Assembly (NCBI GenBank): GCA_963815925.1
Contig: CAWFIV010000007.1
Span: 43,313 to 107,312 of the forward strand
Direction: 5' to 3'
DNA length: 64,000 nucleotides
Source: an uncultured Acidobacteriota bacterium
Lineage (GTDB): Bacteria; Acidobacteriota; Terriglobia; Terriglobales; Acidobacteriaceae
The position numbers and the translations under genes are program-made. The first letter of the stretch is position 1; every line of letters begins with the position of its first letter. Below are positions 19,769 to 28,852 of the stretch, piece by piece. The notes beneath the pieces are model-generated. The model worked only from the letters and a program-made list of their open reading frames with translations, was not told the origin of the DNA and did not search any database.

Positions 19769-20920
19769 ATGAAAGTCATGCGGCCCATAATCTTTGCGCT
19801 GGCCATTGCCGGGGCGTTCTTCTATTTCACGACCTGGCGTTCGAACTCGCTGGCGGGCGGCCTGCATCCCTCGAACTGGCTGAGCCATCCGGGTCAAGTT
19901 GAGATCACCGAGGCGGCCCCGAACGAAACGCTCGACGGCGAAGAACAGAACAATATTTCCGTCTACAAGAAAAACATTCCCTCGGTGGTGAATGTTACGT
20001 CGCGTGCGATGACCTTTGATTTCTTCTATGGCCTGGTGCCGCAGGAAGGGCAAGGGTCGGGATTTGTGATCGACAAAGAAGGCCACATCCTGACCAACTA
20101 TCACGTGATCGCCGAAGCGCGCCAGGTCGAAGTCACCATGCACAACCGCAAGAAATATAAGGCCACGGTGGTAGGCACGGATCCTCCGCACGATCTGGCA
20201 GTGATTCAAATCAAGGCTACCGACCTGGTCCCGGCGGTGCTGGGTGACTCGCGCAATCTGCAAGTTGGGCAAAAAGTTTATGCGATCGGCAATCCATTTG
20301 GCCTGGCAGGAACAATGACGCGCGGAATCGTCAGTTCGATCCGGCCAGTGCGCGAGCCCAACGGCGCTACGATTGATGAGGCCATTCAAACCGATGCGGC
20401 GATCAATCCGGGAAACTCCGGCGGTCCGCTCATGAACTGGCACGGGGAAGTCATCGGGATCAACACTATGATTCTTTCGAATGCGAACCAGAGCGCTGGC
20501 ATCGGTTTTGCCATTCCCATCAATACTGCGAAGGCTGTGCTGAATGATCTGATGACCTTGGGGCGGGTGCGGCGGCCAGCACTGGGGGTCCGCACGATTC
20601 CGATTACCCCTGAGTTGGCAGATGAAATCGGCCTGCCTGCCGACTACGGATTGCTCATCATTCAAGTCACGCCGGGCGGCTCGGCCGATATGGCGGGGCT
20701 TCGCGCCGGCAGTGAGCGCGCTTATCTCGGAAATACTCCGATCATGCTGGGCGGCGACCTGATCGTGGCCATTGACGATCAAAAGGTGCAGGACGAAGAC
20801 GACCTTTCGCAAGTGATGAACAACCACCGGGCCGGAGATACCGTGAAGATCACAATCTACCGCAACAAGAAAAAGATGGATGTGAGCGTATCGCTGGGTG
20901 AGGCGCGGCAGCAGGTGTGA
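19769..20920 (+). CDS. htrA: HtrA/DegP-family serine protease with one PDZ domain
   Basis: N-terminal TM helix. Catalytic triad context TNYHVI / HDLAVI / GNSGGPL. C-terminal PDZ (GLLIIQVTPGGSADMAGLRAG...). Confidence 0.9.
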   Translation: MKVMRPIIFALAIAGAFFYFTTWRSNSLAGGLHPSNWLSHPGQVEITEAAPNETLDGEEQNNISVYKKNIPSVVNVTSRAMTFDFFYGLVPQEGQGSGFVIDKEGHILTNYHVIAEARQVEVTMHNRKKYKATVVGTDPPHDLAVIQIKATDLVPAVLGDSRNLQVGQKVYAIGNPFGLAGTMTRGIVSSIRPVREPNGATIDEAIQTDAAINPGNSGGPLMNWHGEVIGINTMILSNANQSAGIGFAIPINTAKAVLNDLMTLGRVRRPALGVRTIPITPELADEIGLPADYGLLIIQVTPGGSADMAGLRAGSERAYLGNTPIMLGGDLIVAIDDQKVQDEDDLSQVMNNHRAGDTVKITIYRNKKKMDVSVSLGEARQQV

Positions 20921-21116
20921 GTCTTTGCTCTTTGCGGCGGCCGGCACACTCGCCGAGTTTCGCCGACGGGGCTTACAGACGGCTCTGCTCCGTGCCCGAA
21001 TGGCCACCGCGGTCGAAGCCGGGTGCGAGTATGCCGTGGTGGTGACGAACGGTGGGACTACTTCGCAGCGAAACGCTAAGCGACTGGGGTTCCGTGTGGG
21101 GCCTACAGCAAAGTGA
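20898..21116 (+). pseudogene. C-terminal remnant of a GNAT N-acetyltransferase
   Basis: GTLAEFRRRGLQTALLRARMATAVEAGCEYAVVVTNGGTTSQRNAKRLGFRV is the acetyl-CoA motif A/B region only. The N-terminal half is absent and the frame runs into the htrA 3' end. Confidence 0.5.
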
Positions 21117-21515
21117 CGATAATCAAGCAGCTAAGGCGTGAGTGCCGACCTAATAGCGCCGGCATCCTGCCAGCTGTGCCGGTGGACGCCCTTGGTGCCA
21201 CTGCCGCACACTGCGTTTCTACCCAACAAGTAAATCGCGACTTGAGGCGATCACGAGAGTGCGCGCAAATTCTTCCGGAGCCGCCCAAGGTCGCCATCGG
21301 GAAGCAAGAGTCAATTTCCCGGTGTGTGCTCTGCCAAATGGGAGCGGCGCGCACATGGTCGGACGGCACGGCTGACGTCACGTGCAGTGATGCGACGACC
21401 CGGGGATGGCCGGTCGGGCATCCCCGCGATTTGGACGTCCCGAGGTGGTCCAAGGTGAGCCGTGGTCAGTCCGCGTCCTTGTGCGAAACTAGTGGGATCT
21501 CACCGAGGCGTTGCT

Positions 21516-21926
21516 ATGAATGTCGAGTCGATTCGCGCTTACTGCCTGTCACTTCCCGCGGCAACCGAGAAGCTGCAGTGGGGTGACGCCCTGTGCTTCA
21601 AGGTAAGAGAAAAGATGTTCGCCGTGCTGGGCTTGGATCATGTGCGACTGACCTTCAAGTGCACTCCGGAGATGTTTGTTGAACTCGTCGAACGCCAGAA
21701 CATTCGCCCCTCGCCCTACCTCGGGCGCCACAACTGGGTGATGCTCGACCGGTTGGACGCGCTGCCGAAGGATGAGATCCAACATCTGCTGCAGCAATCG
21801 TACGAGATGGTGTCGGCGAAGGCGCCACGTCGGAAAAAGGTTAGCCAGACCGCGAAGGAGAAGGTGGTTCGGATTCGAGCCAGCCACGGTGTGCGCAAGA
21901 ACAACAAGAACAAGAGGAAGAGTTGA
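21516..21926 (+). CDS. MmcQ/YjbR-family protein
   Basis: MNVESIRAYCLSLPAATEKLQWGDALCFKVREKMFAVL...HNWVML matches my recollection of YjbR-like proteins. Lys-rich tail. Confidence 0.7.
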   Translation: MNVESIRAYCLSLPAATEKLQWGDALCFKVREKMFAVLGLDHVRLTFKCTPEMFVELVERQNIRPSPYLGRHNWVMLDRLDALPKDEIQHLLQQSYEMVSAKAPRRKKVSQTAKEKVVRIRASHGVRKNNKNKRKS

Positions 21927-22040
21927 TCAGGCCCTTGCAGAGACTACCCCCGGCGTAACGCCTGCTAGCCTGATTTGACTCCGCTTGGCGCCGTCGGCTA
22001 GCCTCAGAGTTTGCCCCGAGGCTTTGAGGCCGTGCACCGC

Positions 22041-23801
22041 ATGCGAACTGCGCATAAATCATTGATTTTGTTGCTGATGGCGCTTCTAGCGCTGGAAGCT
22101 GCATCCCCTCTCAACGGTTCCACATATCCTGTCCGCGCGCCGCACGCGATTGTGGTTAGCGTGCATGACCTGGCGTCCTATGTTGGCGTAGACATCATGC
22201 AGGCTGGCGGCAACGCCATCGATGCCGCGGTCGCCACCGGATTCGCGCTGGCGGTTGTGCATCCTCCCGCGGGAAACATCGGCGGCGGCGGGTTCATGCT
22301 CATCCGCATGGCCGACGGCAAGGCGCACTTCATTGACTACCGTGAGAAAGCTCCCGGGGCGGCGACGCCGGGCATGTATCTCGATGCACAAGGCAATGTA
22401 ATCGCCGGTGCCAGTGAAATCGGATACAAGTCCATTGCCGTGCCTGGATCGGTGGCCGGCCTCGTGTACGCGGAGCAGAAATATGGCAAGCTGACGCTTA
22501 AGCAGGTGATGGCCCCCGCCATTCGCCTGGCGCGCGAGGGATATCCACTAACCTCGGCCGAGGCTCGAGACTTCCAGCACGACAAGCATCTTGCTCAGTT
22601 CCCAGAATCGCGGCGAATCTTTCAGCGCAACGGTGACTACTACAAACCTGGCGATGTTTTCCGCCAACCTGACCTGGCGCGGACCCTCGAGCGCATCGCG
22701 GAAAAGCCCGACGATTTCTATCACGGCGCGCTCGCTCGCGAACTGGCCGCCGCCATGCAAAAGGGCGGAGGCCTGATTACCGCTGACGATCTGGCACAGT
22801 ATGAAGTGAAAGAGCGCGAGCCCGTTCGTGGCTCTTATCGCGGATATGAAGTCATCAGCGCGCCGCCGCCGTCGTCGGGTGGAGCGGTGCTGATTGAGTC
22901 CCTGAATATTCTGGAAGGCTACGATCTCGCAAAGATGGGCGACCGGTCGGCTGAGTCGATTCACTACACGACCGAGGCCTTCCGGCGGGCATTTTTCGAT
23001 CGCGCGGAGTTCATGGGCGATCCGGACTTCGCGAAAATCCCGGTCGCACAGCTGATCGACAAGAAATATGCTGCCGCTTGGCAGGAGACGATCGATGCCG
23101 CGCACGCTACGCCCAGCAAGGATATCAAGCGGCCAGCTGTTTTTAGCCAACTGGAGCAGTACGCTGCCGCCCATCCGCCCGCAACGCCGCAGGAAGGCAA
23201 CCACACCACGCACTACTCCGTAATGGACGACGCTGGCAATGCGGTCTCGGTGACGACCACGATCAACGACTGGTTCGGATCGCGGGTGACGGCCGACGGC
23301 CTGGGTTTCCTGTTGAACGATGAGATGGACGATTTCTCTGCGAAGCCCGGCGTGCCCAATTCCGATGGCCTGCTGCAGAGCGATATGAACGCGATTGGTC
23401 CGGGCAAGCGTCCGCTGTCGTCGATGACCCCGACAATCGTCGTGCACGACGGCAAGACTGTTATGGTGCTGGGTTCCCCCGGCAGTTCCAAGATCATTAC
23501 GACGGTCGCAAATGTTCTAATGGGAGTAGTGGACTACGGCATGAACATCCAGGAAGCGGTGAACGCGCCCCGCTTTCACAATCAATGGATGCCCGACGTA
23601 CTCAACCTGGAACCGTGGTTTTCGCCTGACACCATGAATCTGCTGCGGCGCATGGGATACAACATCGAGATCGGCCTGCACTATGGCAACGAGGTATACC
23701 CTTATTGGAGCGACGCGGAGTGCATTGCGGTCGATACCAAAACCGGCGACCGGTTGGGGGCTAGCGATGGGCGGGGCCCAGGAAAGGCTGAGGGCTATTA
23801 G
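22041..23801 (+). CDS. ggt: gamma-glutamyltranspeptidase
   Basis: Signal peptide present. Autoprocessing/catalytic Thr context EGNHTTHYSVMD, then GSPGSSKIITTV near the C-terminus. Confidence 0.92.
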   Translation: MRTAHKSLILLLMALLALEAASPLNGSTYPVRAPHAIVVSVHDLASYVGVDIMQAGGNAIDAAVATGFALAVVHPPAGNIGGGGFMLIRMADGKAHFIDYREKAPGAATPGMYLDAQGNVIAGASEIGYKSIAVPGSVAGLVYAEQKYGKLTLKQVMAPAIRLAREGYPLTSAEARDFQHDKHLAQFPESRRIFQRNGDYYKPGDVFRQPDLARTLERIAEKPDDFYHGALARELAAAMQKGGGLITADDLAQYEVKEREPVRGSYRGYEVISAPPPSSGGAVLIESLNILEGYDLAKMGDRSAESIHYTTEAFRRAFFDRAEFMGDPDFAKIPVAQLIDKKYAAAWQETIDAAHATPSKDIKRPAVFSQLEQYAAAHPPATPQEGNHTTHYSVMDDAGNAVSVTTTINDWFGSRVTADGLGFLLNDEMDDFSAKPGVPNSDGLLQSDMNAIGPGKRPLSSMTPTIVVHDGKTVMVLGSPGSSKIITTVANVLMGVVDYGMNIQEAVNAPRFHNQWMPDVLNLEPWFSPDTMNLLRRMGYNIEIGLHYGNEVYPYWSDAECIAVDTKTGDRLGASDGRGPGKAEGY

Positions 23802-23825
23802 AAGGGAATTAATAATTGTTGCGTT

Positions 23826-23897
23826 TTGATAGTTGATTGAAGTCGAAAGGGTTTCGCGTTTTTGGCTTTCAATCATCAATTAAAAACAATCAATCAA
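23826..23897. repeat. periodic 7-mer (TTGATNG / TCAATCA) inverted arrays flanking a short hairpin plus T-run
   Basis: Left arm ttgatagttgattgaag. Central hairpin cgaaa-ggg-tttcg followed by cgttttt. Right arm ctttcaatcatcaattaaaaacaatcaatcaa. Starts 25 nt after the ggt stop. Confidence 0.55.
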
Positions 23898-23917
23898 CGA
23901 TTCCCCAAGGGACACGC

Positions 23918-24739
23918 ATGCTGAAAGCGGTTTCAACCTATTTGTTCGTGAAAGAACGGCTGCATCCGGGCATTCTGGATGGGCTGGCTCGCAACGGGGT
24001 GCAGGCGGTTGAGATATTTGCGGCGCGTCAGCATGTCGATTATGCCAACCGCAAGGCGCACGTGAAAGAGCTAGCCGAGTGGTTCCGCAGCAGCGGGATC
24101 CCGCTCAATTCGGTCCACTCACCGCTCTACTCCGATTACGAGTGGGGCCGAGCCGGCGCCCCGCCGGTGAATGTAGCCTCCACCGATCGGGCTGCACGCG
24201 TTGAAGCGATGGACGAGATCAAGCGAGCCCTCGAAATTGCCGAGCAGATTCCGTTCCGCTTCCTGGTGCAGCATCTGGGAACGCCAAACGAGAGTTTCAG
24301 CGACAAAAAGTTCGAGGCTGCGATGACGTCGATTGAGCACCTGCGGGCGTTTGCCAAGCCGCTGGGCGTTCGTATCCTGTTGGAAAACATTCCCAACGAA
24401 CTGTCGACGCCCGATCGGCTGGTCGAATTAATTCGCGGGGCGCACTTTGATGACGTAGGAGTGTGCTTCGATGTTGGTCATGCGCACATGGCAGGATCCG
24501 TGCGCGAAGGTTTTGAGATTTTGAAGAGTCAGATTTGCTCCACCCATATTCACGACAACGACAAGAATAAAGATTCTCATCTATGGCCGGGCCAGGGAAC
24601 CATCGACTGGAAAGAAGCGATGGAGTTGCTGCGTTCGGCACCGCAAACTCCGCCTCTGCTGCTCGAACTCGGGGAAGATGAGAAGGTGAATCCGCTGGAG
24701 AAGCTCTCGGAAACATTCGATCAGCTGGAAGGGGCGTAA
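23918..24739 (+). CDS. sugar phosphate isomerase/epimerase (xylose-isomerase-like TIM barrel)
   Basis: MLKAVSTYLF...VQHLG...ILLENIPNE...VCFDVGHAH...HIHDN pattern of the AP endonuclease 2/xylose isomerase-like fold. Confidence 0.8.
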   Translation: MLKAVSTYLFVKERLHPGILDGLARNGVQAVEIFAARQHVDYANRKAHVKELAEWFRSSGIPLNSVHSPLYSDYEWGRAGAPPVNVASTDRAARVEAMDEIKRALEIAEQIPFRFLVQHLGTPNESFSDKKFEAAMTSIEHLRAFAKPLGVRILLENIPNELSTPDRLVELIRGAHFDDVGVCFDVGHAHMAGSVREGFEILKSQICSTHIHDNDKNKDSHLWPGQGTIDWKEAMELLRSAPQTPPLLLELGEDEKVNPLEKLSETFDQLEGA

Positions 24740-24744
24740 GAAAA

Positions 24745-24840
24745 GTTTCAAGGTTTCAAAGTTTCAAGGAAATTCCCGCGAACCGGAACGGCTTGCAGTC
24801 CGGAGATTTTGAAACCTTACAACGTTAAAACTTTGAAACC
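24745..24840. repeat. periodic 8-mer (GTTTCAAR x3) with inverted degenerate 8-mers, flanking a short hairpin plus T-run
   Basis: gtttcaag gtttcaaa gtttcaag (24745-24768). Central ccgga...tccgg hairpin then agatttt. Right side ttttgaaa ccttacaa cgttaaaa ctttgaaa (24807-24838). Starts 6 nt after the stop at 24739. Confidence 0.7.
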
Positions 24841-24849
24841 TGACTCATT

Positions 24850-26175
24850 ATGTCTTCACCTATTACTACTATTGCTGAAATCGGCAAGCATGAAGGCCAG
24901 ACGGTTACCATCCGCGGCTGGCTCTACAATCTACGCGAAAGCGGGAAGCTGCTGTTCCCGCAATTCCGCGACGGCTCGGGCATCATTCAAGGAGTCGTTC
25001 CTAAGAACGCCGTGACACCAGAAGTATTCGACGCGATCAAAACTCTGACGCAGGAGTCGAGCGTGATCGTGGAAGGCAAAGTCCGCGCCGACAAGCGTGC
25101 CCACGGCGGCTACGAACTCGATGTTGCCAACGTGCAGGTCGTACAGCGCGTACCCGAGTCTTCGCCATATCCCATCACTCCCAAAGAGCATGGCACCGAC
25201 TTTCTCATGGAGCATCGTCATCTCTGGGTGCGCTCGCAGCGGCAGGCGGCGATCTTGCGCGTGCGCGCGGAGATCATCAAAGCGGCCCGCGACTTCTTCG
25301 ACGAACGCGGCTTCACCCTGACTGATCCGCCGATCATTACTCCTGCGGCGTGTGAAGGCACAACCACACTTTTCCCCGTCGATTATTTCGACGAGCAGGC
25401 TTACCTGACGCAGTCGGGCCAGCTCTATGTAGAGGCGACGGCAATGGCGCTAGGCAAGGTGTATTCGTTCGGGCCAACGTTTCGCGCCGAAAAGTCCAAG
25501 ACGCGCCGCCATCTCACCGAGTTCTGGATGGTCGAGCCAGAGGTTGCCTATGCCCAGCTTGACGACGTGATGGAACTCGCGGAAGGGTCGATCACTTTCA
25601 TCGTGAAGCGCTGCCTGGAAAAGCGCCGCGTCGATCTGCAGACCATTGGCCGCGATATCTCCAAGCTGGAAAAAATCGATGCGCCTTTTCCGCGCATCAG
25701 CTACGACGACGCCGTGAAGAATCTGCAGGAAGGCCACGCAAAAGGCGCGCTGGAATCGAAGTTCGAATGGGGCGGCGACTTGGGCTCGCCCGACGAAACT
25801 TATCTTTCCGCGCAGTTCGACAAGCCCGTCATGGTCCATCGCTATCCGGCGAAGGTCAAGGCGTTCTATATGGAGCCCGACCCGCAGCGTCCGGAGCTTG
25901 CTTTATGCGTCGATGTGCTCGCGCCCGAAGGCTACGGAGAAATCATCGGCGGCTCGCAGCGCACGGCATCGCACGAACTGCTGCTGCAACGCATCCATGA
26001 ACACGGCCTGCCCGAAGAAGCTTTCAAATGGTATCTCGACCTGCGCAAATTTGGGAGCGTTCCGCACGGCGGCTTCGGCATGGGTATTGAACGCGCGGTG
26101 GCATGGATTTGCGGCCTGGAACATGTGCGCGAGACGATTCCGTTCCCGAGAATGCTGTACCGGCTTTATCCGTAG
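24850..26175 (+). CDS. asnS: asparaginyl-tRNA synthetase
   Basis: OB-fold N-terminus ([26 protein letters not shown]). Class IIb motifs [21 protein letters not shown] and GGFGMGIER. Confidence 0.93.
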   Translation: MSSPITTIAEIGKHEGQTVTIRGWLYNLRESGKLLFPQFRDGSGIIQGVVPKNAVTPEVFDAIKTLTQESSVIVEGKVRADKRAHGGYELDVANVQVVQRVPESSPYPITPKEHGTDFLMEHRHLWVRSQRQAAILRVRAEIIKAARDFFDERGFTLTDPPIITPAACEGTTTLFPVDYFDEQAYLTQSGQLYVEATAMALGKVYSFGPTFRAEKSKTRRHLTEFWMVEPEVAYAQLDDVMELAEGSITFIVKRCLEKRRVDLQTIGRDISKLEKIDAPFPRISYDDAVKNLQEGHAKGALESKFEWGGDLGSPDETYLSAQFDKPVMVHRYPAKVKAFYMEPDPQRPELALCVDVLAPEGYGEIIGGSQRTASHELLLQRIHEHGLPEEAFKWYLDLRKFGSVPHGGFGMGIERAVAWICGLEHVRETIPFPRMLYRLYP

Positions 26176-26197
26176 GCTGTTCGAAGTTCCAGGACAA

Positions 26198-26443
26198 ATG
26201 CTGACTAGACTCAAACTCTCGACCATAGTTGGGACAGTCAGCTTTGTCATTGGACTGTCGTGGCTGGCGATCTGGAGTTATTTCGTTCACCGAAATTCTT
26301 TGGATTGGCTCGCGAACGAGCTAAGACCGCCGCTCGGCGCCCGACTATTTGCATGGTTAGGCGCGGTTGTTTTGGTGGCTAAAGGGATTCTGTGGCTGAT
26401 CGGAAGGGCGACCAGCAAGGCTCGCTCGAAAGTGATTTCCTAG
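26198..26443 (+). CDS. small membrane protein (81 aa, two predicted TM helices)
   Basis: MLTRLKLSTIVGTVSFVIGLSWLAIWSYF...LFAWLGAVVLVAKGILWLIG. Start chosen downstream of the asnS stop. Confidence 0.45.
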   Translation: MLTRLKLSTIVGTVSFVIGLSWLAIWSYFVHRNSLDWLANELRPPLGARLFAWLGAVVLVAKGILWLIGRATSKARSKVIS

Positions 26444-26492
26444 CATTGTCCCGGCGTGCTCGTCGGTACATAGATAAATTCGCTAACGACCT

Positions 26493-27434
26493 ATGATGAC
26501 CACAGCAAGCTCCTCCAACATCACTCCCAGAAAAATCCGCGTCATCGGTGTTCCTCTCGATCTTGGCCAGTCCCGGCGCGGCGTCGACATGGGGCCGTCG
26601 GCCGTCCGCGTGGCCGGACTTGAGGCGCGCCTTGAGGCCCTTGGGCACGAAGTGGAAGATGGCGGCAACGTGCCCGTCGCCATTCCTGAACAGAAGAAAG
26701 AAGGCGACACCCACGCCAAGTATTTGAAAGAGATCACAGCTACCTGCACGAAGCATGCCGAACTGGTGATCAAAACGCTCGAGGCGGGGAAGGTCCCACT
26801 TGCTCTCGGCGGAGATCATTCTATGGCCGCCGGCACGGTTTCGGGTGTTGCCGAATTCTACCGCCGCCAGAATCAGCACGTCGGCTTGATCTGGATCGAT
26901 GCCCACACCGACATCAACACACCAGACTCATCCCCAAGCGGCAACGTGCACGGCATGCCGCTCGCCGCTCTCATGGGCCTGTGGCCGTCGGAACTGGCAA
27001 ACATTTTCGATTTTTCTCCAAAGGTGAAACCGCAGAACTGCGTGCTGGTTGGAGTGCGCGACATCGATGCCGTAGAGAAAGAGAACGTAGTCCGCGCAGG
27101 CATCGGTGTCTTCACTATGCGCGACATCGACGAGCGCGGCATGCGCACTGTGATGGAAGAAGCTCTCCGCATTGCTGCTCGCGGCACTGCCGGATATCAC
27201 ATCTCGCTCGACATGGACTGGGTCGATCCCGAGGATGCACCTGGCGTGGGAACTCCTGTGCGCGGAGGCGCCACCTATCGTGAGGCGCACCTTGCCATGG
27301 AGATCATCGCCGATCACGGCCGCATGCTGAGCTTCGAGATCGTCGAAGTGAATCCCGTCATCGACGAGCACAACCGAACGGCCGATCTGGCGGTGGAACT
27401 GGCATTGTCGGCGTTTGGGAAGAAGATTCTTTAG
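26493..27434 (+). CDS. rocF: arginase (ureohydrolase family)
   Basis: Mn-ligand motifs GGDHSMA, IWIDAHTDINT and SLDMDWVDP. Also GNVHGMPLA. Confidence 0.88.
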   Translation: MMTTASSSNITPRKIRVIGVPLDLGQSRRGVDMGPSAVRVAGLEARLEALGHEVEDGGNVPVAIPEQKKEGDTHAKYLKEITATCTKHAELVIKTLEAGKVPLALGGDHSMAAGTVSGVAEFYRRQNQHVGLIWIDAHTDINTPDSSPSGNVHGMPLAALMGLWPSELANIFDFSPKVKPQNCVLVGVRDIDAVEKENVVRAGIGVFTMRDIDERGMRTVMEEALRIAARGTAGYHISLDMDWVDPEDAPGVGTPVRGGATYREAHLAMEIIADHGRMLSFEIVEVNPVIDEHNRTADLAVELALSAFGKKIL

Positions 27435-27508
27435 CCACGGATTTCACGGATTCAGACGGATCAAACAAAGACAAGGAAATGTCCACGCAAATCGGCGCCA
27501 ATCCGTGG
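27435..27508. repeat. periodic 9-mer (YCACGGATT x2.5) with one inverted copy
   Basis: ccacggatt tcacggatt cagacggat (27435-27461) and aatccgtgg (27500-27508). Starts 1 nt after the arginase stop. Confidence 0.6.
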
Positions 27509-27575
27509 CCAAAGTTTTCTCCGAACCATCACTGCGATTGACGCGCGCCTTAGCTCGCGTCCACACTGGAACATC

Positions 27576-28766
27576 ATGGAAAAGATTCGGGTCGGCATCT
27601 TATTCGGCGGGCGCAGCGGGGAGCATGAAGTTTCGCTCCTTTCGGCCGCGTCAGTTCTCAACGCAATCGACAAGGAAAAGTATGAGGTCGTTCCCATCGG
27701 CATCACCAAAGATGGCCGCTGGCTCACGGCCGAGCACGCTGAGAATCTTTTGACCGGCAAGCTCGTTCTCGAGCCGCGCAACCTGCGCGCGGGCGACCCG
27801 CAGAACACCGAAGCCGCCGCCGTTCTCGCCCGCGGAGAAGCCGTGGTTGTCCCACCCGAACCGGTACACCGTCAGAGAGGTCTGGTTCCCTTTCAGACTG
27901 ACGCCGGTCCAATGCGCCGTGCCAGCGACCGTGCCATCAATGTAGATGTAATCTTCCCGGTGCTGCACGGTACTTTTGGCGAGGATGGCACCATCCAGGG
28001 CCTGCTCGAACTCGCCGACATTCCCTACGTCGGCGCGGGCGTTCTCGGCTCGGCAGCAGGCATGGACAAGGACATCATGAAGTCTTTGTTCATCGCTGCC
28101 GGAATTCCCATCGTCAAGCATGTCACGATTCTGCGCAGCGCGTGGGAGAACGATCCGAAGCAGGTTCAGAAGAAAGTCGAAAGCAAGCTGACCTACCCGG
28201 TATTCGTGAAACCCGCGAATCTAGGCTCGTCGGTGGGCATCAGCAAGGCGCATAACCGCAAGGAACTCGGCCCCGCGATCGAAGAAGCCGCGAAGTTCGA
28301 CCGAAAGATCGTCATCGAACAGGGCGTCGGTGGCAAGAAAGACAAAGCCCGCGAGATCGAATGCTCCGTGCTGGGTAACGACGAGCCCGCGGCGTCGGTA
28401 CCCGGCGAGATCGTGCCCGGCAAAGAGTTCTACGACTACACCGCAAAATATGTCGATGAAGGTTCGCAGCTGATCATCCCGGCCAAGCTGACGAAAGCGG
28501 AAACGAAGAGGGTGCAAAGCCTTGCGGTGGCGGCATTCCAGGCTGTGGATTGCTCTGGTCTAGCCCGCGTCGATTTTCTGATGGATCCAAAGACGCGCAA
28601 GATTTATCTGAACGAGATCAATACCATGCCGGGATTCACGGCGATCAGCATGTATCCCAAGCTGTGGGCAGCATCAGGGCTGGAGTATGCTGACCTGATC
28701 GACCGGCTTATTCAACTTGGCATCGAGCGCCACGACGATAAGAAGAAAAATCAGTACAGCCGGTGA
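27576..28766 (+). CDS. ddl: D-alanine--D-alanine ligase (long form)
   Basis: MEKIRVGILFGGRSGEHEVSLLSA, ATP-grasp region (PVFVKPANLGSSVGISK) and C-terminal NEINTMPGFT. Confidence 0.92.
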   Translation: MEKIRVGILFGGRSGEHEVSLLSAASVLNAIDKEKYEVVPIGITKDGRWLTAEHAENLLTGKLVLEPRNLRAGDPQNTEAAAVLARGEAVVVPPEPVHRQRGLVPFQTDAGPMRRASDRAINVDVIFPVLHGTFGEDGTIQGLLELADIPYVGAGVLGSAAGMDKDIMKSLFIAAGIPIVKHVTILRSAWENDPKQVQKKVESKLTYPVFVKPANLGSSVGISKAHNRKELGPAIEEAAKFDRKIVIEQGVGGKKDKAREIECSVLGNDEPAASVPGEIVPGKEFYDYTAKYVDEGSQLIIPAKLTKAETKRVQSLAVAAFQAVDCSGLARVDFLMDPKTRKIYLNEINTMPGFTAISMYPKLWAASGLEYADLIDRLIQLGIERHDDKKKNQYSR

Positions 28767-28852
28767 ATGCGTTGGATGATGAATGCCGTGAAATATCACG
28801 AAGTTTTCTGAGGTATGGTTTCTTTTGTGTCCTTCGTGTTTAATACTTTTCT

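Noticed and set aside
21103-21586. ORFs 21113..21586 (+) and 21103..21453 (-)
   Set aside because: They mutually overlap, are Arg/Cys/Ser-rich, and show no family resemblance. The + ORF also overlaps the well-supported YjbR-like start.
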